Source of the DNA: Thermoplasmata archaeon
GTDB lineage: Archaea > Thermoplasmatota > Thermoplasmata > Lutacidiplasmatales > UBA184
Reading direction: 5' to 3'
NCBI GenBank assembly: GCA_021819135.1
Contig: JAKASE010000009.1
Span: forward strand, 15,408-79,407
Length of the DNA: 64,000 nucleotides
The notes under the pieces are model-generated. The model had not been told where the DNA came from, searched no databases, and saw nothing but the letters and a program-made list of their open reading frames with translations. Numbering within the stretch: the stretch's first letter is position 1; the number at the start of each line of letters is the position of its first letter. This document shows positions 1 to 10,544 of this stretch, one piece after another. Made by a program: the position numbers and the translations under genes.

Positions 1-1107
<1,107 letters not shown>

Positions 1108-1111
1108 GAGG

Positions 1112-1393
1112 TCAGGGGGCGGGAGGGACGGCGTCCGGAGCGGCGGTCGCGTTCCTCAACTGCTCGAGCTCCCCGATCTGGCGGGCGTACTCGAACACTC
1201 GCTGGGCCTCCTCTTCATCGAGCCGGCTGATCGCGAACCCGACGTGCACGATGACGTAGTCGCCCACGTGGGCCTCGGGCGTCAGGGAGAGGGAGACCTC
1301 CTTGACGATCCCCCCGAACCGAACCCGGGCCATCCGCAGGTCCGGGTCGGCCGGGTCGATCTCCTCGATGCGGCCCGGGATTGCCAAGCACAT
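1112..1393 (-). CDS. hypC: Hydrogenase maturation chaperone HypC
   Basis: MCLAIPG N-terminus and [12 protein letters not shown] motif. Confidence 0.97.
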   Translation of the reverse strand: MCLAIPGRIEEIDPADPDLRMARVRFGGIVKEVSLSLTPEAHVGDYVIVHVGFAISRLDEEEAQRVFEYARQIGELEQLRNATAAPDAVPPAP

Positions 1394-1406
1394 CGTCCGC
1401 TCCCGA

Positions 1407-3755
1407 TCACTCCCCGCGGGTCCGGGACCGGCCCAACGAGGGCTGGGTCTTAACGCGAGCGGCGGCCACCACCTGACCGAGGGAGATCCCTCCGTCGTTC
1501 GGAGGAACCCGCGAGTGCACGACGGGCGTGAAGCCCTCGGCGATGAGCCGGTCCGTCGTCATCTCCGTCAGGAGCCGGTTCTGAAAGCACCCTCCGCTCA
1601 ACGCCACCGCATGTTCACCGACCCGGCGGGCGATCTCCACGATCCCCGCCGCCAGCCCGGCATGGAAACGGCGGGCGGCCCTCCGGGCCACCTCCCGTTC
1701 CCCGAGGACTCCTCTCACGGTCGGCCCCCAGTCGAGCACGAACCCTTCCGCCTCGGGGAGCACCCGGTACGGGTACGGCTCCGCGGAGGCGGCGTCCCCC
1801 GCCGCCTTCTCCGCCTCGAACTCTACCGCCATCGCCGCCTCCCCCTCGAAATCGCTGCGATGCACCAGCCCCAGGAGGGAGGCGACGGCATCGAAGAGTC
1901 GCCCCGCGCTGCTCGTAGGGATCACCCGCAACGACCGCCGGAGCATCTGCCGTATCGTACGGGCCTCCGCCGGACGGAAGGGCGCCATCGCGGGGGCGGC
2001 ATCGTCTAGCGCCGCCTCCCCCTCGAGCTCGTACAGCAGACCCGCGGCCGCGCGCCGAGGCTCTCGGATCGCCGCATCGCCTCCGAGGAGCGGGAATGTA
2101 CGCAGGTGGGCGACGCGCTCGAACCCCTCCTGGGTGATCCGGAGGAACTCCCCTCCCCAGATCGTCCCATCCGTGCCGTAGCCGGTCCCGTCCCAGGCGA
2201 CCCCGAGGACCGGCGGAGAGACTCCGGCGTCGGCGAGACAGGAAAGGACGTGGGCGTAGTGATGCTGCACCGGATGGAGCGGCAGCCCGAGGCCGGCGGC
2301 GTACCGCGTCGAGCGGTAGTCCGGGTGCAGATCGTGCGCGACGCGCTCGGGGGCCCAATCGTAGAACCGGCGCAGGTCCTCGACCGTCCGACGGAAGGCA
2401 CCGAGCGTCTCGGCGTTGTCGAGATCGCCGAGGTGCTGGCTCACTACGACGCGATCGCCGAGCGAGACGGCGACCGTGTTCTTCAACTGGGGACCCACCG
2501 CTAAGACCGACGGAAGGTCCGGACCGAGCGCCAGCGCGAGGGGGGCATAGCCTCGGGCCCGCCGAAGTACCTGGAGCCGGCCCCGGACCACCCGGACCAC
2601 GGAATCGTCGACCGGCCGCACGATCGGTCGATCATGGACGAGGAACCCATCGGCGAGCCCCCGGAGCCGACGTCGCGCCTCACGGTTGTCGATGCAGATC
2701 GGCTCGTCCGAGAGGTTCCCGCTCGTCGCCACGAGAGGAAGGCCAAGCTCCCGGAGCAGCAGGTGGTGGAGGGGCGAATAGGGGATCATCGTCCCGATCA
2801 GGGGATTTCCCGGAGCGACCGAAGGGGCGAGCCCCGTCGTCGACCCGGCCCGCGCGTCCAAGAGCACGATCGGGCTCGCGGCGGAGCGGAGAAGTCCCTC
2901 CGACACCGCGTCGAGCTCGGCCGAGGTCCGGACGGCGTCCAGGTCGGGGAACATCACCGCGAACGGCTTGCGCCCGCGGCGCTTTCGCCGCCGGAGCTCC
3001 TCCACCGCGTCCTCGTTGCGGGCATCGACCAGCAGCTGGAACCCACCGAGTCCCTTGAACGCGAGGATCCGGCCCTCCCTCAGCGAGCGTGTGGCCTCGG
3101 CGATCGCCGGCTCGCCGAGAGCGAGCGTGCTTCCTTCAGGGGACTCGAGGGCGACCGTCGGGCCGCACGCGGCGCAGGCCGTGGGCTGCGCGTGAAAGCG
3201 ACGGTCCGACGGATCGTGGTACTCGCGGGCGCATTCCGGGCACATCCGGAACCGCTTCATCGACGTTCGGGGACGGTCGTACGGCAAGCTCTCGATGATC
3301 GAGAACCGGGGACCGCAGTTCGTGCAGTTGAGGAAGGGGTACCGATAGCGTCGGTCCTGCGGGTCCCACATCTCGGCCAGACAGTCCGCGCAGGTCGCCA
3401 CATCGGGCGGAACGATCGCGCGGCGTGGCCCGGCGCTCGGGCTCTCGAGCACCCGGAAGCCGACCTCCGACGTCGTGGGGACCGATCTCGTTTCGACGGA
3501 GTCGACGCTGGCGAGCGGCGGCGCCTCGGACCGGACCCTTCGGAGGAACTCCCCCAACGCCTCGGGCCGTCCTTCCACCTGGAGGAGGACGCCCTCGGTG
3601 TCGTTCCACACCCAGCCGGTGGCACCGAGCTCCCGCGCGAGCCGGTAGACGAACGGGCGGAACCCGACCCCCTGCACCGTCCCCCGGATCCGGACCTCGA
3701 TCCGCTCTCGGGAGCCGGACGACGGAGCCACCGGTCCCGCCGTCCTCCGACTCAT
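1407..3755 (-). CDS. hypF: Carbamoyltransferase HypF
   Basis: Acylphosphatase domain (GTVQGVGFRPFVY), Zn fingers (CTNCGPR, CPEC), HDLHPDY, QHHYAH and PPNDGGISLGQ motifs. Confidence 0.97.
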   Translation of the reverse strand: MSRRTAGPVAPSSGSRERIEVRIRGTVQGVGFRPFVYRLARELGATGWVWNDTEGVLLQVEGRPEALGEFLRRVRSEAPPLASVDSVETRSVPTTSEVGFRVLESPSAGPRRAIVPPDVATCADCLAEMWDPQDRRYRYPFLNCTNCGPRFSIIESLPYDRPRTSMKRFRMCPECAREYHDPSDRRFHAQPTACAACGPTVALESPEGSTLALGEPAIAEATRSLREGRILAFKGLGGFQLLVDARNEDAVEELRRRKRRGRKPFAVMFPDLDAVRTSAELDAVSEGLLRSAASPIVLLDARAGSTTGLAPSVAPGNPLIGTMIPYSPLHHLLLRELGLPLVATSGNLSDEPICIDNREARRRLRGLADGFLVHDRPIVRPVDDSVVRVVRGRLQVLRRARGYAPLALALGPDLPSVLAVGPQLKNTVAVSLGDRVVVSQHLGDLDNAETLGAFRRTVEDLRRFYDWAPERVAHDLHPDYRSTRYAAGLGLPLHPVQHHYAHVLSCLADAGVSPPVLGVAWDGTGYGTDGTIWGGEFLRITQEGFERVAHLRTFPLLGGDAAIREPRRAAAGLLYELEGEAALDDAAPAMAPFRPAEARTIRQMLRRSLRVIPTSSAGRLFDAVASLLGLVHRSDFEGEAAMAVEFEAEKAAGDAASAEPYPYRVLPEAEGFVLDWGPTVRGVLGEREVARRAARRFHAGLAAGIVEIARRVGEHAVALSGGCFQNRLLTEMTTDRLIAEGFTPVVHSRVPPNDGGISLGQVVAAARVKTQPSLGRSRTRGE

Positions 3756-4040
3756 CGTCGCTCACGGCGCGGGGGTCGAACCATGGGCCGGGGTCGAATT
3801 CACGGAACGCGATGAAGTGTAGGGCCGAGCCTCTCGATTGCCCCGCGCGGCCGCACGGGCGGTGTTCGACGCTCCTCGAGTTCGGCTGCCGCGAGCGTTC
3901 GGGCCGAACGCGGGGCACCGGGGGTCGAGCGGATTTCACGAAGGTTAGTTATCCGCGACCTGACGTCAGTGCGCTCATCCTTATCGGGTGTTTCAGTGGC
4001 CCTTGGTGAGGAAATCTCCCCATTGCCCGGGCTGTTGGGC

Positions 4041-5234
4041 ATGGACCTTGACCATGTCCTCCTCTATCCCGAGGGGAAGAGCCTCCTGACGTGCATCCAG
4101 TGCGGTGTCTGCTCCGCGACGTGCCCGCAGGAAGCGTTCATGGAGTATCCCCCGCGGAAGATCGTCGCCATGCTCAAGGCCGGTCTGATCGACGAGGTCG
4201 TCCAATCCGGCAGCATGCTGAAGTGCGTCTCCTGTTACTCCTGTCAGGCGAAGTGCCCTCGACAGATCCGTCTCACGGACCTCCTCTTCCCGCTGATCCG
4301 CGGGCGGATGTTCGAAGGCGGGGGGATACCGGCCGAGCTGCAGAAGGCGTTCCTCGACGTCCAGCGCTATGGCAACCCCCTCGGCCGGAGCACGTCCGAG
4401 CGGAGCGACTGGGTCGCCCGGTCGAAGGTGCCGATCCGCATCCTCGCCGACCGGCCGGGGCCGGTCGACCTCCTCTGGAACGTAGAGTGCTACCCCTCTT
4501 ACCATCCCCGCGGTCAAGCGGTCGCCCTGGCGACGGCACGGCTCTTCCACCGGCTCGGGCTCGACTTCGCGATCCTGGGCTCGGAGGAGCGATGCATCGG
4601 CGACTGCGCCGGCTACTTCGGCGAGTTCGGCCTGCTCGACGCGCTCATCGAGCAGAACCTGACCACGTTCCGGAAGTACGATTTCCGACGGGTCGTGACG
4701 TCCGGCGCGCACGCGTTCAATGTCTTTGCGCACCACTATCCGGGCTACGGGTTCACGACCCCGGTCGAACCCGTGGTGGGCCTGATCGGCGAGGAGCTGC
4801 CGAAGCTCCGTCCGATGCTCAAGACGTCGGTCCCGCACAAGGTGACCTATCACGATCCGTGCTGCCTCGGACGGTGCATGGGGGCTTCCGCCCTGCGCTG
4901 CTACTTCGCTCCCCCGCGAAAGCTGCTGGAGGCGATCCCGGGACTGAAGTACGTCGAGATGGCCCATCACCACGAGAACTCGCTCTGCTGTGGCGGCGGA
5001 GGCGGCGGGATGTGGCTGGACACATACTACCGGGACCAGGGGATGGACCGGCTCTCCGAGCGCGTGGTGAAGGAGGCGGTCGCCGCCGGTGCGGACGTGC
5101 TGGCGGTCACCTGCGACTACGAGGTCTCCCGTTTCGAGGACGCGGTAAAGGTCCTCGGCTACGACCGCAAGATCGTCGTGCGCGACGTCCTCGAGCTGTT
5201 GGACGAGTCCGCCGGCGGGGAAGCCGCGGTCTAG
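4041..5234 (+). CDS. Soluble HdrC/HdrD(GlpC/FadF)-like Fe-S oxidoreductase: 2x[4Fe-4S] plus CCG domains
   Basis: CIQCGVCSATCP and CVSCYSCQAKCP; YHDPCCLGR and LCCGGGGG; no transmembrane stretch seen; start could lie further upstream (ORF open from 3969). Confidence 0.88.
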   Translation: MDLDHVLLYPEGKSLLTCIQCGVCSATCPQEAFMEYPPRKIVAMLKAGLIDEVVQSGSMLKCVSCYSCQAKCPRQIRLTDLLFPLIRGRMFEGGGIPAELQKAFLDVQRYGNPLGRSTSERSDWVARSKVPIRILADRPGPVDLLWNVECYPSYHPRGQAVALATARLFHRLGLDFAILGSEERCIGDCAGYFGEFGLLDALIEQNLTTFRKYDFRRVVTSGAHAFNVFAHHYPGYGFTTPVEPVVGLIGEELPKLRPMLKTSVPHKVTYHDPCCLGRCMGASALRCYFAPPRKLLEAIPGLKYVEMAHHHENSLCCGGGGGGMWLDTYYRDQGMDRLSERVVKEAVAAGADVLAVTCDYEVSRFEDAVKVLGYDRKIVVRDVLELLDESAGGEAAV

Positions 5235-5249
5235 AGGCGTCGCGGGACC

Positions 5250-6029
5250 ATGGACGTCGTCGTCCTGATGAAGATGGTCCCCGATGCCGCCCAGAAGATC
5301 GAGGTCGACGCCGCGAGCGGTCAGCTCAAGGCCTCCACGCTGAACCTCATCCCGTTCGAGTCGGACGAGCATGCGCTCGAGGAAGCGCTGCTGATCAAGG
5401 AGCGCACGGGCGCGACGGTCACCGTGGTGACCACCGATCTCCCCGGGGGGGACGTCGCGCTGTGGACCGCACTCGCCAAGGGGGCGACCCACGCCCTGCT
5501 CGTGACCCGCGGCCGTCCGTACGAGCCCCGGAGCACGGGCGAGCTCGCCCGTATCTACGCGAAGCTCCTCGAGACGATCCCGCACGACCTCGTGCTCACC
5601 GGGGCGCAGGCGCCCGACGACGTGGAGGGAGAGCTCGGGGCGTTGCTCGCCGCTCAGCTCGGTCTTCCCTACATCAGCGTCGCGGTGGCGGTCCGGCCCG
5701 ACGAGGGGACCCATTCGGCCGAAGTGACGACCGAGCTCGGGGGCGGCCTTCGGTCGGTCTACGAATCCGCGCTCCCGCTCGTCGTCGGGATTCAGACCTC
5801 GGAGACGCCGCCCCGGTACGCTCCGTTCCTGCAGATCCGCGCCGCCCAGCGGAGCAAACGGACCCGTTCCGTTGCGGTCGAGCCGGTCCCCTTCGACCCG
5901 AAGGTCGAGGTGGTCGCCCTGCATAAGCCGGTGGCCGGGAAGGGGGCGACCATGCTCGAGGGAAGCCCGGAGGAAGTGGCCGGTCGTCTCGTGGAGATCC
6001 TGGCCGAAAAGGAGCTCGTCGGAGGGTGA
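5250..6029 (+). CDS. etfB: Electron transfer flavoprotein beta subunit
   Basis: VVLMKMVPD, DEHALEEAL, DLVLTGAQA and PRY motifs. Confidence 0.93.
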   Translation: MDVVVLMKMVPDAAQKIEVDAASGQLKASTLNLIPFESDEHALEEALLIKERTGATVTVVTTDLPGGDVALWTALAKGATHALLVTRGRPYEPRSTGELARIYAKLLETIPHDLVLTGAQAPDDVEGELGALLAAQLGLPYISVAVAVRPDEGTHSAEVTTELGGGLRSVYESALPLVVGIQTSETPPRYAPFLQIRAAQRSKRTRSVAVEPVPFDPKVEVVALHKPVAGKGATMLEGSPEEVAGRLVEILAEKELVGG

Positions 6030-6030
6030 C

Positions 6031-7017
6031 GTGGCCGACGTCTATGTCCTGGCAGACCTGGAACGCGGGAGGCCCACCGATCTCACCTTTGAGCTCCTGA
6101 CCGCCGGGAGGGCGCTCGCGAGCGACCTCCACGTTCCCCTGAAGGCGGTTCTCCTCACGAACGAAGCGGGGCTGATCGCGCCCTCGCTCGGCTTCGCCGA
6201 CGGCGTCGTCGCGATGAGCCACAGTTCCCTAGAGCACCGGAACCTCGAAGCGTGGTCCCGGGCGCTCCTGAAGATCCTCGACGAGAAGCCCCCGAAGGTT
6301 CTCCTCATCGGCATCTCGAACGGTCTCTTGGGACTCCCGTCGCTCGTCGCGGGCGCCCGAGGTCTGCCGCTGATCAGCCTCTGTCGCTCGGTGACCGCTC
6401 ACGGGGAGGAGATCGTGGGTGACCCCGTCCTGTTCGGGGGGAAGATCGAGGCCGAGGTCCACGCGAAGGGGGGGCCCGTGGTCGTCGCGGTCCGACCCGG
6501 GAGCTACTCCGCCGAACCGGCCCGGGTCCAGCGGACGGTCCCGGTCGAGAACGTCGAGCCGCCGGAAGCGCTGGAGACCCGTCGGGTGCACTTCAAGAGG
6601 TACGCCGATCTCGAGCAGACCGACGTCGACATCACGCACTGCGATGTCCTGATCTCCATCGGGCGGGGGATCCAGAGCCAGGAGAACATCCGGATCGCCG
6701 AGGAGCTCTCCGGCCTGTTCCGGAACGCGGCGGTCTCCTCGTCGCGACCGCTCGTCGACCAGGGCTGGCTCCCGCGGACGCGTCAGGTCGGGCGGTCCGG
6801 TATGACCGTGAAGCCCCGGCTCTACCTCGCTCTCGGCATCAGCGGGGCGCCCGAGCACATCGAGGGCATGAAGAGCTCGGAGACGATCGTCGCCGTGAAC
6901 ACGGATCCGAAGGCGCCGGTCTTCGAGTACGCCCACTACGGGGTCGTGGCGGACATCCTGACCTTCATGCCGCGGCTCGCCGAGCAGCTGCGGAAGCGCA
7001 AGCCGGTGGTCGCATGA
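6031..7017 (+). CDS. etfA: Electron transfer flavoprotein alpha subunit
   Basis: SRPLVDQGW, RQVGRSGMTVKP, LYLALGISGAPEHIEGM and AVNTDPKAPVF FAD-binding motifs; GTG start at 6031. Confidence 0.95.
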   Translation: MADVYVLADLERGRPTDLTFELLTAGRALASDLHVPLKAVLLTNEAGLIAPSLGFADGVVAMSHSSLEHRNLEAWSRALLKILDEKPPKVLLIGISNGLLGLPSLVAGARGLPLISLCRSVTAHGEEIVGDPVLFGGKIEAEVHAKGGPVVVAVRPGSYSAEPARVQRTVPVENVEPPEALETRRVHFKRYADLEQTDVDITHCDVLISIGRGIQSQENIRIAEELSGLFRNAAVSSSRPLVDQGWLPRTRQVGRSGMTVKPRLYLALGISGAPEHIEGMKSSETIVAVNTDPKAPVFEYAHYGVVADILTFMPRLAEQLRKRKPVVA

Positions 7018-7078
7018 CGTTGCGTTCTCCCCGATCGCGCGAAGAGCCGGAGCGGGGCCGGCCCAAGAGGAACGAGGA

Positions 7079-9091
7079 ATGAAGGAAGGCGAGACGCCCA
7101 GGATCGGAGTGTACGTTTGCCACTGTGGACTGAACATCGCCGGTGTGCTCTCGGTCAAGTCCCTGGCCGAGTACGCGGGCCGCCTGCCGAACGTCGTCGT
7201 TTCGCGGGACTACAAGTACATGTGCTCGGACCCCGGGCAGGAGCTCATTCGGCAGGACATCCGGGAACACGGGCTCAATCGGGTCGTGGTCGCCGCCTGT
7301 TCTCCGTTCCTCCACGAAGAGACGTTCCGACGCGTCTGCGCGAGCGCGGGAGTGAACCCGTACTTCTACCAGATGGTGAACATTCGGGAGCACGCGGCGT
7401 GGGTGCACTCCCACGAGAAGGAGAAGGCGACCCGGAAGGCCGAGGACCTCATCCGAGCCGGGGTCGCCCGGGCCGCGAAGCTCGAGCCGGTCGTTCGCCA
7501 GCGGGTCCCGATCCATCCGGCCGTCCTCGTGGTCGGGGGCGGGATCGCCGGCATCCAGGCGGCCCTCACGCTCGCGGACGCGGGCAAGAAGGTCTACCTG
7601 GTCGAGCGCGAGCCGACGATCGGGGGGCACATGGCCCAGTTCGACAAGACCTTCCCGACGCTCGACTGCGCCGCGTGCATCCTCACGCCGAAGATGACGG
7701 CCGTGGGGAACCATCCCAACATCACGCTGTGGACCTACTCGGACGTCGTGAAGGTGGACGGGAGCGTAGGCCACTTCACGGTGACCGTGAGGCGCCGCCC
7801 CCGGTACGTCCACGAGGACCTCTGCATCGGCTGCCTCCTCTGCATCGAGAGCTGCATCTATCCGGACGCCCGCGTCGCGAGCGAGTTCGACCTCGGGCTC
7901 GGGAAGCGCAAGCCGGTCTACATCCCGTTCCCCCAGGCCGTCCCGATGAAGGTCGTCTTTGACCCCGAGACGTGCATCGCGGTGAAGACCGGTAAGTGCA
8001 CGCGGCCGTGCGTCGACGTCTGCGGCGTCGAAGGGGCGATCGACTTCGAGCAGAAGGAGGAGTTCCCGCAGATCGAGGTCGGCACGATCATCCTCGCTAC
8101 GGGGTTCAAGACGTTCGACCCCCACCGTCTTCCGTTCTACGGGTACGGCCGCTACCCGGCCGTCTACACCTCGCTCGAGGTCGAGCGGCTGCTCAACGCC
8201 TCCGGCCCGACCGGCGGGGAGGTCGTCCTTCGGAACGGCAAGAAGCCCGAGGCCGTGGGGATCGTCCACTGCATCGGCTCCCGGGACGAGAACACGAACC
8301 GCTACTGTTCCCGGGTCTGCTGCATGTATGCGATGAAGATCGCGCACCTGATCCGGGAGCGCACCGGGGCCGAGGTCTACAACTTCTACATCGACATCCG
8401 GGCCCCCGGGAAGGGCTTCGAGGAGTTCTACGACCGGGTCCAGGAGGAAGGGGTCCACTTCATCCGGGGCAAGGTCGGGGACGTCACGCCCGAGACCCCG
8501 GACGGCAAGGGACGGGTCGTCGTCTCCGCGGACGACACGCTCCTCGGGCGGGCCCGGAAGATACCGCTCGACATGCTCGTCCTCGCGGTCGGCCTGGAGG
8601 CGCAGGCGGACGCGAACGAGGTGCGACGGCTGTTCAACATCACCTGCTCGGAGGAGGGGTTCTTCGTCGAACGGCATCCGAAGCTCGCCCCGGTGAACAC
8701 GTTCACCGACGGGGTGTTCCTGGCCGGGTGCTGCCAGTCCCCGAAGGACATCCCGGACTCGGTCGCCCAGGCCGGCGCCGCCGCGGCCGAAGCGCTCGCC
8801 CTCATCGATCGGGGCGAGATGGAGCTCTCGCCGAACTTCGCGTACGTGAGCGCCGAGGAGTGCTCCGGATGCAAGACCTGCGTCCCGCTCTGCCCGTACT
8901 CGGCGATCACCCTCGAACCGGAGCACGGCAAAGCGGTGATCAACCAGGCGCTCTGCAAGGGCTGCGGGGTGTGCGTGGCGGCGTGCCCCTCGGGCTCGAT
9001 CGGCCAGCATCTGTTCGAGGACGCGCAGATCTTCGACGAGATCGAGGCCTTGATCCAGGGCGTCGCGGCGAACGGGGAGGGGGCGCGATGA
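7079..9091 (+). CDS. hdrA: Heterodisulfide reductase subunit A (flavin-based electron-bifurcating subunit)
   Basis: VYVCHCG, GGGIAG, DKTFPTLDC, CIGSRD, YCSRVCC, PKDIPDSV and a C-terminal ferredoxin domain. Confidence 0.96.
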   Translation: MKEGETPRIGVYVCHCGLNIAGVLSVKSLAEYAGRLPNVVVSRDYKYMCSDPGQELIRQDIREHGLNRVVVAACSPFLHEETFRRVCASAGVNPYFYQMVNIREHAAWVHSHEKEKATRKAEDLIRAGVARAAKLEPVVRQRVPIHPAVLVVGGGIAGIQAALTLADAGKKVYLVEREPTIGGHMAQFDKTFPTLDCAACILTPKMTAVGNHPNITLWTYSDVVKVDGSVGHFTVTVRRRPRYVHEDLCIGCLLCIESCIYPDARVASEFDLGLGKRKPVYIPFPQAVPMKVVFDPETCIAVKTGKCTRPCVDVCGVEGAIDFEQKEEFPQIEVGTIILATGFKTFDPHRLPFYGYGRYPAVYTSLEVERLLNASGPTGGEVVLRNGKKPEAVGIVHCIGSRDENTNRYCSRVCCMYAMKIAHLIRERTGAEVYNFYIDIRAPGKGFEEFYDRVQEEGVHFIRGKVGDVTPETPDGKGRVVVSADDTLLGRARKIPLDMLVLAVGLEAQADANEVRRLFNITCSEEGFFVERHPKLAPVNTFTDGVFLAGCCQSPKDIPDSVAQAGAAAAEALALIDRGEMELSPNFAYVSAEECSGCKTCVPLCPYSAITLEPEHGKAVINQALCKGCGVCVAACPSGSIGQHLFEDAQIFDEIEALIQGVAANGEGAR

Positions 9092-9546
9092 CCCCCGCGA
9101 CGAACGGGCACGACCCGAAGATCGTGTCGCTCTTCTGCAACTGGTGCACGTACATCGCCGCCGATTCGGAGGGGGTTTCGCGTAAGCAGTACCCGGCGAG
9201 CACCCGCGTCGTCCGTCTCATGTGCTCGGGCCGGGTCGACCCGCAGTTCGTCCTCGATGCCTTCGCGAAGGGGGCGGACGGAGTGTTGATCGGCGGCTGC
9301 CACCCCGGCGACTGCCATTATTCCGAAGGGAACTACAAGAACCTGCGCCGGTACTCGCTGCTGAAGCGCGTGCTGACGGAGTTCGGGATCGACCCCCGGC
9401 GGCTGCGCCTCGAGTGGATCTCGGCCTCGGAGGGCGAGAAGCTCGCGAAGGTCATCCGCGAGATGACCGAGGAGCTGCGCGCGCTGGGTCCGCTCAATCT
9501 GCCCGAGAAGATCGCCCGGCCCGAGGCCGTGGCCATGGAGGCGTGA
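9088..9546 (+). CDS. mvhD: Hydrogenase Fe-S subunit MvhD
   Basis: FCNWC, RLMCSGRVDP, GCHPGDCHY and WISASEG; ATGA overlap with the hdrA stop. Confidence 0.96.
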   Translation: MTPATNGHDPKIVSLFCNWCTYIAADSEGVSRKQYPASTRVVRLMCSGRVDPQFVLDAFAKGADGVLIGGCHPGDCHYSEGNYKNLRRYSLLKRVLTEFGIDPRRLRLEWISASEGEKLAKVIREMTEELRALGPLNLPEKIARPEAVAMEA

Positions 9547-9551
9547 GAACC

Positions 9552-10544
9552 ATGGCCGAGAAACCGAAGGTGGCGTTCTACTGGTGTGCGAGCTGTGGCG
9601 GATGCGAGGAGTCGGTCGTCGATCTCGCCGAGGACATCCTCACGGTCGTGAGCCTGGTCGACATCGCGTTCTGGCCGGTCGCGATCGACATGAAGCGCAA
9701 GGACGTCGAGGCGATGGCCGACCGCTCGCTCACGGTCTCGTTCATCAACGGATCGGTCCGGACCTCCGAACAGCGCGAGATGGTCGAGCTGCTCCGCCGG
9801 AAGTCCGCCTTCGTCATCGCCTATGGCGCCTGCTCCCAGTACGGCGGGATCCCGAGCCTCGCGAACCTCCACTCGAAGGAGGAGATCTTCGACTGGGTCT
9901 ACCACGCCTCGCCGACGGTCGTGAACCCGGCGGGGACGGTTCCCCTCGAGCGGTTCGACGACGGCCACGGCCACACGCTGAAGCTGCCGACCTTCTACGA
10001 GACAGTGCGGGCCCTCGACCAGGTCATCGACGTCGACTTCTATCTCCCGGGCTGCCCGCCCACGCCGAAGCTCCTCAAGGAGGCGGTGCTGGCCCTCCTC
10101 TCGGGGAAGCTCCCCCCGAAGGGGACGGTCCTCGCCCCGGACGTGGCGTTATGCGACGAGTGCCCGAGGCGGGCGACGAAGCCGGAGAAGCTCGCCATCG
10201 CGAGGTTCTACCGACCGCATGAGATCGTGCCGGACCCGGAGAAGTGCTTCCTCGCCCAGGGGCTCCCCTGCATGGGCATCGGGACGCGGAAGGGCTGCGA
10301 GGCGCTCTGCATCCACGGCAACATGCCCTGCACGGGGTGTTTCGGACCGACGAGCCGCACCCGGGACCACGGGGCGAAGATCCTCTCGGCCCTCGCCTCC
10401 GAGGTCGACGCCACGGACGAGAAGAAGATCGAGGAGATCCTCGCCGGCATCCCGGATCCGGTCGGGACGTTCTACCGGTACGGGATCGCCTCGTCGATGC
10501 TGCGTCGCAAGATCGTGGAAGGGAACGGAGGGGTGAGCGCATGA
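9552..10544 (+). CDS. mvhG: [NiFe] hydrogenase group 3c small subunit MvhG
   Basis: CASCGGCE, YGAC, LPGCPP, CDECP, CFLAQGLPCMG and MPCTGCFG. Confidence 0.94.
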   Translation: MAEKPKVAFYWCASCGGCEESVVDLAEDILTVVSLVDIAFWPVAIDMKRKDVEAMADRSLTVSFINGSVRTSEQREMVELLRRKSAFVIAYGACSQYGGIPSLANLHSKEEIFDWVYHASPTVVNPAGTVPLERFDDGHGHTLKLPTFYETVRALDQVIDVDFYLPGCPPTPKLLKEAVLALLSGKLPPKGTVLAPDVALCDECPRRATKPEKLAIARFYRPHEIVPDPEKCFLAQGLPCMGIGTRKGCEALCIHGNMPCTGCFGPTSRTRDHGAKILSALASEVDATDEKKIEEILAGIPDPVGTFYRYGIASSMLRRKIVEGNGGVSA

